A stretch of 64,000 bases of DNA from Eledone cirrhosa (lineage: Eukaryota): NCBI GenBank assembly GCA_964016885.1, contig CAXHJY010000715.1:28825-92824 (forward strand). The letters are read 5' to 3'. Shown one piece after another: positions 40,793 to 54,356 of the stretch (the stretch's first letter is position 1; each line of letters begins with the position of its first letter). The notes below the pieces were generated by a model. The model did not search any database and was not told where the DNA came from. It saw only the letters and a list, made by a program, of their open reading frames with translations. The translations under genes were made by a program, and so were the position numbers.

Positions 40793-41622
40793 ATACATAT
40801 ACACATATATATACGTATATAGATAAATACACATACATACATACATACAAACAAACATACATACATACATACATACATATATACATACATACGTACATAC
40901 ATATATACATACATATATACATATATACATACATACATACGTACATGCATATATACAAACATATATACATACATGCATACGTACATATATACATACATAT
41001 ATACATGCATACATACACACACATACATATATACATACATACGTACATATATACATACATACGTACATACATATATACATACGTACATATATACATACAT
41101 ATATACATATATACATACGTACATATATACATACATACGTACATACATACATATATACATACGTACATATATACATACATACGTACATGCATATTTACAT
41201 ACATACGTACTTATATACATACATACATTGTCTCACCTTCAAATAATTATGTCTGCCACGTATACATCGTTATACATCGTTATACATGGTTATATATCGT
41301 TAAACATCGTATCGTTTGTAACGTTTGTTGGAGTCTTTCAAAACAAGACTCGTCCAAGTGGAAAATTTACGAGCGATGTATGAATATCTCAGCTGTTGTT
41401 CGACGCACCGTAAATGAAGCAATCAGAGGTTAAACTCTAAGCACAGATTTTTATCCGACAGATTATCTTCGGCAACGATTTATAAATATATTTCTACATC
41501 TCCATTTAGAGTTGTTTAATGGCCGATAAATCCGCAACATGTTCAAGTTGAAAGGAAGGAATGACTCAAACTAGCTGTTACATCGTGTGTGTGTGTGTGT
41601 GTGGTGTGTTTGTCTGTGCGTA

Positions 41623-41655
<33 letters not shown>

Positions 41656-41905
41656 TCATATATATATACACATATATATATACATATACATGTGTGTGTA
41701 TGTACGTGTGTATATATGTATTTATGTGTTTATTACATATGTTTGTATGCATGTATCTATGTATACTCACACATATATATGCACTAAGATATATAGATAT
41801 ATATGTATGTGTGTGCGCGCGTCTGTGTGTGTGTGTATATATATATATATATTTATACAAGTTCTATATATATTTATATATATATATACATATATATATA
41901 CATAT

Positions 41906-41956
<51 letters not shown>

Positions 41957-42421
41957 TATATTTAATACACACACGTATGTATAACGTTATATAGTATCAT
42001 TATATCATATTATATGTGAGTGTATGTGGCTACTTAATGTATGTATTATCTCTATGTGTATGTGCTTGTGTGTGGTGTGTGTGCGTGTGTATGTATGTGT
42101 GTATGTGTGTACGTGTGCATGTGTGCCTACGTGTGTGTGTGATTGTACATGTATCAATTTAGAAGTTATTGTTCGGCAGAGAATCTGTAAAGTGTTTCGG
42201 TTGAAAACATTTCCAAACTTCTCAACTCTAGAAAGTGTTTAACGACATAAAATTCGAACTCATTCCCTTATTATTTCCTGCACAGTTATTTCCGAATCTC
42301 ATTTGAGAACTATTTAATTCAAGGATGAGCCAACGAATTATGTTCAAAGTTCAACTTAAGATGCCACAGATATTTCAACTTTTGTTAGGACATTTTGTTG
42401 CATTTTGTTAGGACAATTTGG

Positions 42422-42880
42422 CAGCGGTAAATTGGCAGAGCCGCCAGGGTGTTGGTTACAATGATTTGTTGTATTCGTTCCGATTCTCTATGTTATGAGT
42501 TCAAACCCCGACAATTTTGCCTTTCATCCTTACATGGTCAGTGAATTGGCTGTATCAGTAGCACGTGGGACAACATGCTTAGCTGCATATAGTTACGTCT
42601 CTGTACATTCTGAGGCCACATCCCGCCGAGATTAGCTTTGCCTTTCATTTTACATGGTTAGTGGAATGGCTGCATCAGTAGAGCGTCGGACAACATCTTA
42701 GTTGCATATAGTTACATTCCTTTACATTCCTTTACGTTCTGAATTCAAATTCTACTGAGGTTAGCTCTGCCTTTTATCCTTAAGGAGGCTCGATAAATAA
42801 AGTACCAGTAACGCACTGGAGTCGATTTAATCGACATTCCCCTCTTCCAAAAGATTGTTGGTATTGTGCCTAAATCGGAA
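42422..42880 (+). mobile_element. SINE with a triplicated tRNA head/core
   Basis: Three successive head-to-gcctttcat modules (~42422, ~42535, ~42655) share one 3' tail. Confidence 0.8.
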
Positions 42881-42889
42881 ATTCTTTTT

Positions 42890-42954
42890 TTATTATGCGC
42901 ATTTCAGTAACACCAGAGTTATGCAACTACAACAGGTATGACGTCATCAGATAA
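42890..42954 (-). ncRNA. Type I hammerhead
   Basis: ttat-CTGATGA-cgtcatacc..ggtgttact-GAAA-tgcgca-TA-ataa. Confidence 0.8.
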
Positions 42955-43123
42955 TTACAAATAATTATGTATGAAAGTCAAAGTCCATAATAGAAAATAT
43001 AGCTATTGATACACGTCTAGCATTTACACACACCATATATATATATCTGTGTGTGTGAGTGTTTATATATATATATATATACACACTCACACACACATAT
43101 ATATATATATGTATATATGTATA

Positions 43124-43179
<56 letters not shown>

Positions 43180-43406
43180 CATATATATGTGTGTATATAT
43201 ATAGGTATATTATATATATATATATAAATATATATAAAAACGTATATGCATATATATATAAGTATATACACATATATGTATGTAAGTACGTATATATATA
43301 TATATATATCGATGAAATGTCAATGATGGTTGGAAAATCACTGACGAAGGACTATTTTTATCATATGTAACCCATGTGCAACCACGCAGTATTCTTCTTT
43401 CTTCTC

Positions 43407-43440
<34 letters not shown>

Positions 43441-43673
43441 CGTACATACATACATATATGTATATATATACATGCATATACGTATTTATATATATTTATA
43501 TATATATATATATACGTACATACATACATATATGTATATATATACATGCATATACGTATTTATATATATTTATATATATATATATACCTATATATATACA
43601 CTATCCAAGGATAACTTGAACCGTTAAGTTATATTCTCCTTGGTTATGTCAAAATTTATAAAACACACTTCGT

Positions 43674-43734
43674 ATTTTATCTGATGATAGCGTACCAACA
43701 TTTTGGTACCCTTGAAATATATATATAATAGAAT
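43674..43734 (+). ncRNA. Type I hammerhead (family A)
   Basis: attttat-CTGATGA-..gtacca/tggtac..-GAAA-tatatata-TA-atagaat. Confidence 0.85.
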
Positions 43735-43781
43735 AAATATGGTTTTATAAATATAGTTTCCATTTATTTAGTATCATTGTA

Positions 43782-43835
<54 letters not shown>

Positions 43836-43837
<2 letters not shown>

Positions 43838-44209
43838 AAGTTTTATTTAAATTGTTGGGTTACAACGAGTAAATATTTATAACTGATATAAAAGCACTCA
43901 ACAAGTATTTGGAGTATATTTACGATATTAAATAAATGGAAACTATATTTATAAAACCATATTTATTTCATTATATATATTTCAGGGATATCATATTAAA
44001 AATATGTTATGCCTTCTTCGGACAAAATACAATATAAACAGTCTTTCGAAGTCGAAGTTGAAAGGTATGTCGAATCTATCTATTTATAAGACTGTTTATA
44101 TTGTATTTTGTCTGAAGAAGGCATAACATATTTTTAATATGATATCCCTGAAATATATATAATGAAATAAATATGGTTTTATAAATATAGTTTCCATTTA
44201 TTTAATATC

Positions 44210-44210
<1 letters not shown>
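43836..44210. mobile_element. Fold-back pLTR-like element with two opposed hammerheads (family A)
   Basis: Arms ~43921-44044 and ~44090-44210. HHRs at 43965-44028 (-, CCGAAGA) and 44105-44168 (+, CTGAAGA). Confidence 0.88.
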
Positions 44211-44268
<58 letters not shown>

Positions 44269-44394
44269 TATATATATAGTAATAATAATAAATTTGAAGA
44301 CTAAAATCCAAAGAGGGCTCGATAAGGATAAATATATATCAAATATATAAGAACCGTAGAGCAAATATTTATTAAACTTTAATCTGTTATTTTA

Positions 44395-44476
<82 letters not shown>

Positions 44477-44537
44477 ATATTAAATAAATGGAAACTATAT
44501 TTATAAAACCATATTTATTCTATTATATATCTATCTA

Positions 44538-44568
<31 letters not shown>

Positions 44569-44571
<3 letters not shown>

Positions 44572-46308
44572 AATAATGGAGCTGCGGCGTTGCAAATGGG
44601 TTACATATAAAAAAGGGGGGGAGTCCTTCATCAGTGACCCTCCAACCGTCCCAGGCATTTCATCGCTTTAAGGGCCATATGCCTCAGGTTGGTGCGAACA
44701 ACGGCTAAAAAAAGTCGTTGGGACACGTAAATAAAGAGAACGTTAGGGTGAACAAACAAAATGGTTTAAGCAACAGAAAGTGAGAGGAAAGAGACAAGTC
44801 CCAGATTTCTATGAATATAAACTCGATAAAATCGTGAACTACTAGAGAATAAAGACCATCAGACCTGGTTGAAATGTGAGTAAGGAAGGAATTTCGCACA
44901 AGTCTAACGGGAGGAAGAAGAAGAAGGGGTCTGGTCTGCGAATTCGGTAAACATAAGTTTTGTGAAGACGCAGACGAGAGAGAGAGAGAAAAAAAATTCA
45001 TACCGGCTTGGCCAAGAGTGCGCGAGAAAAGGAATCGGACAGGTCAAGCGGGAAGAAAGAGGAGAGGAGGAGAGGTAGTGACAGGGTATGAGTGAGTGAA
45101 AGTTGAGGAAGAGGCTAACAGAGAGAGAGACTGCTAGAAAGGGTAAAGATACAAAGAGAGAAACAGACGGGTGGCAGCAGAGGAAAAAATATGTGTAAAT
45201 ATGATAATAATGGAGCTGCGACGTTGCAAATGGGTTACATATAAAAAAGGGGGGGAGTCCTTCATCAGTGACCCTCCAACCGTCCCAGGCATTTCATCGC
45301 TTTAAGGGCCATATGCCTCAGGTTGGTGCGAACAACGGCTAAAAAAAGTCGTTGGGACACGTAAATAAAGAGAACGTTAGGGTGAACAAACAAAATGGTT
45401 TAAGCAACAGAAAGTGAGAAGGTCTGATGGTCTTTATTCTCTAGTAGTTCACGATTTTATCGAGTTTATATTCATAGAAATCTGGGACTTGTCTCTTTCC
45501 TCTCACTTTCTGTTGCTTAAACCATTTTGTTTGTTCACCCTAACGTTCTCTTTATTTACGTGTCCCAACGACTTTTTTTAGCCGTTGTTCGCACCAACCT
45601 GAGGCATATGGCCCTTAAAGCGATGAAATGCCTGGGACGGTTGGAGGGTCACTGATGAAGGACTCCCCCCCTTTTTTATATGTAACCCATTTGCAACGCC
45701 GCAGCTCCATTATTATCATATTTACACATATTTTTTCCTCTGCTGCCACCCGTCTGTTTCTCTCTTTGTATCTTTACCCTTTCTAGCAGTCTCTCTCTCT
45801 GTTAGCCTCTTCCTCAACTTTCACTCACTCATACCCTGTCACTACCTCTCCTCCTCTCCTCTTTCTTCCCGCTTGACCTGTCCGATTCCTTTTCTCGCGC
45901 ACTCTTGGCCAAGCCGGTATGAATTTTTTTTCTCTCTCTCTCTCGTCTGCGTCTTCACAAAACTGATGTTTACCGAATTCGCAGACCAGACCCCTTCTTC
46001 TTCTTCCTCCCGTTAGACTTGTGCGAAATTCCTTCCTTACTCACATTTCAACCAGGTCTGATGGTCTTTATTCTCTAGTAGTTCACGATTTTATCGAGTT
46101 TATATTCATAGAAATCTGGGACTTGTCTCTTTCCTCTCACTTTCTGTTGCTTAAACCATTTTGTTTGTTCACCCTAACGTTCTCTTTATTTACGTGTCCC
46201 AACGACTTTTTTTAGCCGTTGTTCGCACCAACCTGAGGCATATGGCCCTTAAAGCGATGAAATGCCTGGGACGGTTGGAGGGTCACTGATGAAGGACTCC
46301 CCCCCTTT

Positions 46309-46309
<1 letters not shown>
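44569..46309. mobile_element. Inverted multimer of a 634-bp unit carrying rearranged hammerheads
   Basis: Minus arm 44569-45419 and plus arm 45420-46309, each 1.3-1.4 units. Period 634 in both arms, (TA)n flanks. Confidence 0.9.
45594..45664 (+). ncRNA. Candidate non-circularly permuted (pseudoknotted) hammerhead; copies at 46228-46298 (+), 44622-44692 (-), 45256-45326 (-)
   Basis: ccaacc..aggca-TA-tggccct..t-GAAA-tgcct..ggttgg-agggtca-CTGATGA-a. Confidence 0.7.
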
Positions 46310-46343
<34 letters not shown>

Positions 46344-46554
46344 CGTTCTATTCTCTCTATCTCGCCTGTTGTTGTTATTAACTCTTTTCCTTCCTCTTTT
46401 CTCCCTCTCTTTCCCATTTACGTACTCTCCCTTTCCCCTCTCTCTCTCCCTCCCACAATCTATCCCTTTCCTTCCCCCTCTCTCTGCTCCCTTACTACTT
46501 CCGTTTTACTTCGTCTCTCCCTCTTTACACCTGTTGTCGCGAAGATCAGACGTG

Positions 46555-46623
<69 letters not shown>

Positions 46624-46823
46624 CTCTCTCTCTCTCTCATGCTATTAATAAGGTCTGCCTTTTTTAACTTCTCCCTCTCTCCCCTTGGTTACTGCTGCAT
46701 AGATGTGCTTCTGCCTATGTTTTCCTATGGGTATGTTTTCTGTTTTTCTTGTTTATTTTATCTCCCTTCGCTATCGTCTCTGTGCCTTTTCATCCTCAAT
46801 AACTTCCTGAAATTATGGACGCA

Positions 46824-46894
46824 CTGTGGCTTGATGTATAGTCTTTAATGCGTTGTAACATCCGAGACCCACAGCAGACAACTGAAGAGGGGAT
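46824..46894 (+). ncRNA. Second, unrelated and decayed rearranged hammerhead candidate
   Basis: ctgtgg..g-TA-tagtct...atcc-GAGA-c-ccacag-c-agacaa-CTGAAGA-gggg. Confidence 0.5.
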
Positions 46895-47032
46895 TTCTAC
46901 TTTGTGTTTTTCTTATATTTCTAAACATTGTTTATTAGTTAATAATAAACAGTGTTTATCCCGGGTTCAATCGCGGGCAACCACAGTAAGTAAGGTACTC
47001 AATACAAAGCAGAGTATACATATTTAATAAAG

Positions 47033-47126
47033 AAAAGGCTTCTACAGGGCTAGAACTGTTTCATTCGGGAGGGCTTCCTGATGATTTCTCCCGAATGAAA
47101 CAGTTCTAGCCCGTAGAAGCCTTTTC

Positions 47127-47127
<1 letters not shown>
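47033..47127 (+). ncRNA. Type I hammerhead (47072-47121) preceded by its own antisense 3' half
   Basis: ggcttc-CTGATGA-ttc/gaa-GAAA-cag..c(t)g-TA-gaagcc. 47033-47071 is its reverse complement. Confidence 0.8.
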
Positions 47128-47164
<37 letters not shown>

Positions 47165-47200
47165 TACATATATATAGATATATATATATATATATATATA

Positions 47201-47810
47201 TGCATTGAACCACAAAGTTACTAAGACAAAACCTATATGTTTGCTAGCATTGATATGCATCTGTATGTATATATATGTTACTAGATATTAATTCTTTATA
47301 ATTATCTCCAAATTATTTGTTGAGCAATATTGGCCATGACTGCTGCTATGGTAGCAGGCCGCTGTCTTATTAGCAAACCACTTTCCACTGATTGACCTCG
47401 ATGTCACGTGATTGATTCTTTTTGAATTTGCCACCGACGCAGAGGCAGTGATTTTCTCAATGGCTAGGAATTCAGTCCACGCTTTGCTATTTCCTATCCA
47501 CTGAATTATTTTTTAATAAGTTTCCAGTTTCCAGTTGCCTGGATACTTAGATGAGAATAGACCTCCCTGACGACGGAATGCTTCTCTGTATCTTCTTCGG
47601 AAAATATATTTATTCCATTCCAGAAACTAATTAGTTGGAAGTGATATTTTAGTAAGTAAGTTAATTTTATAATTTTCTTATTTTACGTCTCTCATATTAT
47701 TGTTCTGCAACCCCATGCATTGAACCACAAAGTTACTAAGACAAAACCTATATATTTGCTAGCATTGATATGCATCTGTATGTATATATATGTTACTAGA
47801 TATTAATTCT

Positions 47811-47817
<7 letters not shown>
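47201..47817 (+). mobile_element. 515-bp hammerhead unit with ~100-bp terminal direct repeat; diverged relative of 36963-37520
   Basis: Repeats 47201-47302 and 47716-47817. HHR 47562-47641: CTGACGA-ggaatg..cattcc-GAAA-ctaattag-TT. Confidence 0.88.
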
Positions 47818-47877
<60 letters not shown>

Positions 47878-47878
47878 G

Positions 47879-47937
<59 letters not shown>

Positions 47938-48147
47938 CGTTTCTGAATATGTTTAGCAAGATTCTTTATCTGAAATCGTGTGTTGAAACCGATATTGTTA
48001 TACTTATTGGCAACATGACCCTCCCAAAGTATAACAATATATATATATATATATATAATGTAGGAGGTGAGTTTTATTGTAGTACAATAAAGCAATGCAG
48101 ATATCGGATAAGAAGCACTCTACAGTTTGTAGGACTGGAGTATACAT

Positions 48148-49240
<1,093 letters not shown>

Positions 49241-49329
49241 CAAACTCGCTCGGTGTTTCGAAAACATTCTTACTTGACATTTACAGTTGCTAAGATTATA
49301 GTTTCTAATTTGAATGGACGAAGACGGGC

Positions 49330-49400
49330 GATGTGTTGGTGTAATGGTAGCACAGTGGTCTGGATAACCAAAGATGTGGGTTCGACTCCCATGTACGTCA
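49330..49400 (+). tRNA. tRNA-like sequence (pseudo-tRNA, GGA at the anticodon position) inside a 270-bp-period repeat unit
   Basis: Acceptor gatgtgt/gtacgtc, D arm tggtgtaatggtagcac, anticodon arm tggt-ctggata-acca, T arm gtggg-ttcgact-cccat, T6 at 49410. Confidence 0.7.
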
Positions 49401-50225
49401 ATACTCATCTTTTTTCCATTTCTCCGAGGGTTCTTAACCCCATTATCAGGCTAAATAATTTTCTTTAATTTCTTTAATCAAAATACGGCGATAGCTTACA
49501 TTTCTAATTTCAAACTCGCTCGCTGTTTCGGAAATATTCTTACTTGATATATATATATATATATATATATATCATATATATATATATATATATCACCATC
49601 ACCATCATATATATATCATATATATATATATATATGATGGTGATGGTGATAGTGATATATATATATCAATTCAATTGAAATCAGGATAGCCATCCGACCT
49701 CATCACTATCACCATCACCACCACGGTCTCGTCGTCTCTTTCTTTATAATATGAGAAATTGAGAAATTTTCTTCATGGTTATACCTTATAAACATTCATT
49801 GAGAAATTTTCTTCTTGGTTATACTTTATCAACATTCTTTTTCTCTCTTTTTATTTTTGCATTTCTTCTTTGCCTCTTGTTGTTGTTTTTTTACCTTTTG
49901 ACGGTCGACTCTTTCTTTAAAACTCCTTGTTCCCACATAAACAGAATTCCGTTAACATATAACTGATCTTTAACCGCCACCCCAACCAACATACAAGCCC
50001 TTGATGGTTAGTTGGTTCGCAGCCTGATTATAGCTTTTTACCAAAACCATTGAAAGATCGTTGCCCCCGGGAATAGTCTGTATAAAGAAATATATGGTAA
50101 ATAGTGGAATATATGGTGAAATGATAGAATGGTGAAATGGTAAATAGTATTGCCAGACTTCTCTCAACACTTTCTTGTCTTCTTGGCATCAAGTATTCAC
50201 TATTCTTCTTCATTCAATGTTTCAA

Positions 50226-50316
<91 letters not shown>

Positions 50317-50606
50317 ATATATACCTGTCTGTCTGTTTGTATCTCTCTTTATCTCTGTCTGTCTGTCTCCCTCACTCTCTGTATCTTTATTTCATTATTT
50401 CTCTCGCTCCTTCTCTACCTCAGTCCGGCTCTAAATATATCATAAATGCATATGTATATCATATATATATATATTGATTTTTATTAAAACTATTTTCATT
50501 TCGCTCTTTCTTCTTCTTCTTCTTCTTCTTCTTCTTCTTCTTCTTCTTCTTCTTCTTCTTCTTCTTCTTCTTCTTCTTCTGCTTCTTCTTCTTCTTCTTC
50601 TTCTTC

Positions 50607-50690
<84 letters not shown>

Positions 50691-51245
50691 TTTACCCCCC
50701 CCCTTTCCTTACAAACTGAAACTTGCTCCAGTCTATATTAAATTTTTCCGTATCCGTGTGTGTGTGTTGGTGTTGGGTAGGTTTGTGTGTGTTTGTGTGT
50801 GCAGGTGTGTGTGTCTGTGTGTATGTGTTTGCAAGTGTGTGCATGTGTGTGTATGTGTGTATGCATGTATGTGTTGGGTAGGTTCTGTGTGCATGTGTGT
50901 GTGTGTATGTGTTTGCAAGTGTGTGCATGTGTTTGCAAGTGTGTGCATGTGTGTGTATGTGTGCATGCATGTATGTGTTGGGTAGGTTCTGTGTGTATGT
51001 GTGTGTAAGTCAGGGGCTGTGGGTATGAGATGGGTGTCCATGCCCGGGTCCATGTTTCCGTTTGTTATTTGTTTATGCCAGAAGACTTGGTTGTTCGACA
51101 AAGAGAGATCAATAAAGTAAGTGTGAATCTACTGGTGTCGACTAAAACCATTTAAATTCGTTCTACAGCATAGCTGCAGTCTAATAGACTGAAACTAGTA
51201 AAATGTTAAAACTATATATATATATATATCCCTGTTCAATTTTTC

Positions 51246-51306
<61 letters not shown>

Positions 51307-51392
51307 GAGTTAAACAAGATTCAATGAGTACATCAAAGAATGAGTTTTACAGTAGATTGGAAGCACTCTACAACAAAAATCCAAAGTTATTA

Positions 51393-51691
51393 ATATAATA
51401 TTAAATTCAAATATTAATAAAATAGATGTTCTTGTGATCAATTAAATTTTATTATACATATTTCAGAGGTACGTGAATCAGGTTCAGCAGTACGTCCTCA
51501 TCAGATAAAATAAAATGATACATGACATACCCTAAGATCTAATCTTAACCATCTAACATCTCAGGGTATGTCATGTATCATTTTATTTTATCTGATGAGG
51601 ACGTACTGCTGAACCTGATTCACGTACCTCTGAAATATGTATAATAAAATTTAATTGATCACAAGAACATCTATTTTATTAATATTTGAAT

Positions 51692-51702
<11 letters not shown>
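51393..51702. mobile_element. Fold-back element (~145-bp arms) with two opposed hammerheads
   Basis: HHR 51585-51650 (+) attttat-CTGATGA-..gtac..gtac..-GAAA-tatgta-TA-ataaaat; mirror copy at 51446-51511 (-). Confidence 0.9.
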
Positions 51703-51752
<50 letters not shown>

Positions 51753-52000
51753 TATATATGTATATATATATGTATATATATATATGTATATATATATATA
51801 TTGGTAAACGGAATAGAAAATGCTGACAAATTGTTCACAGTTGAAAAATGGTTTAATTAGGAATAAAAGAGTATTAGTGATTGTATGGGTTAGTATTCAG
51901 TTGTGGTTTTAAGTTTTTAAGTTTTTACCGGTTGCGCATTTCTAAATGCTTTTCAAAAATAATTTTGAGATAGAGTGTCCGTGCTGTTTGCTCTGATCTC

Positions 52001-52054
<54 letters not shown>

Positions 52055-52059
52055 GTATA

Positions 52060-52107
<48 letters not shown>

Positions 52108-52324
52108 CATACATACATACATACATACATACATACATACATACATACATACATACATGGATAATGTATAGGTATATATGCATGTTTATATATTTGTATT
52201 CATGCATATATATATAATAAAATGTAGTTTGCTTGAAGCATTGCATATAATATATTATATAATGATGAAAGTGATAGAAGCTAAACAACGCCTATATATA
52301 AATATATAAATATATATATAAATA

Positions 52325-52612
52325 TTGACATACCCGTAGAAAAACAACCTTGACGAACCTTCAACCGTCAAGGTTGTTTTTCTACGGGTATGTCAACATT
52401 TACAAAACATATTTTGTATTTTGTCTGATGAAAGCGCACCAAAATTGCCTTGGTTGCCCTTGAAATATATATAATAAAATAATTATGCTTTTATAAATAT
52501 AGTTTTTATTTATTAATAAATTGAATATTTATTCGAGTAAACTGTTGAGTGCTTTATGTAAGTTATAAAATTTTTAAGCTTGTTGAATCCCAACAAATTA
52601 AATATAACTTCT
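52325..52612 (+). mobile_element. Family A pLTR-like element: perfect 31-bp-arm 5' hairpin then hammerhead 52418-52480
   Basis: ttgacatacccgtagaaaaacaaccttgacg / cgtcaaggttgtttttctacgggtatgtcaa; attttgt-CTGATGA..GAAA-tatata-TA-ataaaat. Confidence 0.85.
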
Positions 52613-53537
52613 GCATATATATATATATATATATGAAAACAATACAGTGCAATGAAGATATTAGTTTAATGCTTGATATAGAAAGAAAAGTATCTGAACG
52701 TTTCTGGCATTAGTCGTTCATCAGGAGATAGAATGAGGGAAAGAAGAAAAGATTGAAAGACGTGAGTAAAGAGAGGACGAAAAGGGAAAAGTACGGGAAG
52801 AAAGCACGGTTTTGTGTGTGTGTGTGTGTATGTGTGTGTATGTGTGTGTGTGTGTGTGTGTGCATGTAGATATGTGTGTGTCTGTGTTTGTGCGTCTGTG
52901 TATGTGTGTGAGTGTATATGTGTGGGTATGTGTCTCTGTGTCTAAGTGTATAAGTGTGTGTGTATGTATGCATGTGTGTATGCATATGTCTGCGTGTGTG
53001 TGTGTATGTATGCATGTGTGTGTATGCATATGTCTGTGTGTGTGTATGTATGCATATGTGTGTTTGCATATGTCTGGTTGTGTGTGTGTATGTATGCATG
53101 TGTGTATGCATATGTCTGTGTGTGTGTGTATGTATGCATGTGTGTGTATGCATATGTCTGTGTGTGTGTGTATGTATGCATATGTGTGTATGCATATGTC
53201 TGTTTGTGTGTGTGTATGTATGCATGTGTGTGTATGCATATGTCTGTCTGTCTGTGTGTGTATGCATATGTATGTGTGTGTGAGCGCGTGTGTGTGTGTA
53301 GGCATATGTCTGTGTGTGTGTGTGTGTGTATGTGTGTGTGGTCTGTTTGTGTGTGTGTGTATGCATATGTCTGTTTTTGTGTATGTGTATGCATATGTCT
53401 GTATGTGTGCGTGTGTGTGTGTGTCTGTGTGTGTAGGCATATGTCTGTATGTGTGTGTATGTGTGTGTGTGTATATGTGTGTGTCTGTCTGTGTGTGTAA
53501 GCATATGTCTGTGTGTGTGTGTGTGTGTGTTATAATA

Positions 53538-53714
53538 ACTGTTTCTACTTTTGGCACAAGGGTAACAATTACCCAGAGTATTACTGGTACTTTATTTTAT
53601 CGACCCCATAAGGATGAAAGGCAAAGTTAACCTCGGCAGGATTTGAACTCAGAATGGCAAGGGCCGTAACTCTTTGCTGCAAAGCATGGCGTCTGGCCCT
53701 CTACCGATACTGCC
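53538..53714 (-). mobile_element. tRNA-derived SINE
   Basis: Same family as 8430-8612. Confidence 0.88.
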
Positions 53715-54264
53715 CTTGTATGTGTATGTGTTATAATAACGGCCATGTGACATACTCTGGCTATTGACGTCTAAATCAACAGTCTGGTTCCTACAATGTC
53801 TCCTGCCGCCCTCTGGTGACAACTCGTGGAACTCTCTCCTCAATTTCTGCTTACTTCTGGTTTCTACAGCCAGGTTTGTCTTCTCAGCTGCTGCACACCT
53901 CACTGGCTTACATATATTACCACACACACACTCACACACTTGCATACATAGACACACACACACACATATACACATACATACACTCACACACTTGCATACC
54001 CAGACACACACACACACATATACGCATACATACACTCACACACTTGCATACACCGACACAAACACATATACACAAACATACACTCACACACTTGCATACA
54101 CAGATACACACACACATATACACATGCATACGCTCATACACTTGCATACACAGCCACACACACACACACATACATACACTCACACACTTGCACACACAGA
54201 CACACACACACACATATATTCACGCACACACACAGACACAGGCACACAAGACACAAACACATTT

Positions 54265-54356
<92 letters not shown>

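Noticed and set aside
50019-50064. gcagc-CTGATTA..GAAA-ga-TC-gttgc, plus the half motif GAAA-tgcgca at ~51930-51940 (-)
   Set aside because: Core G8 is mutated or the 5' half is missing. These are probably dead HHR relics and were not counted.
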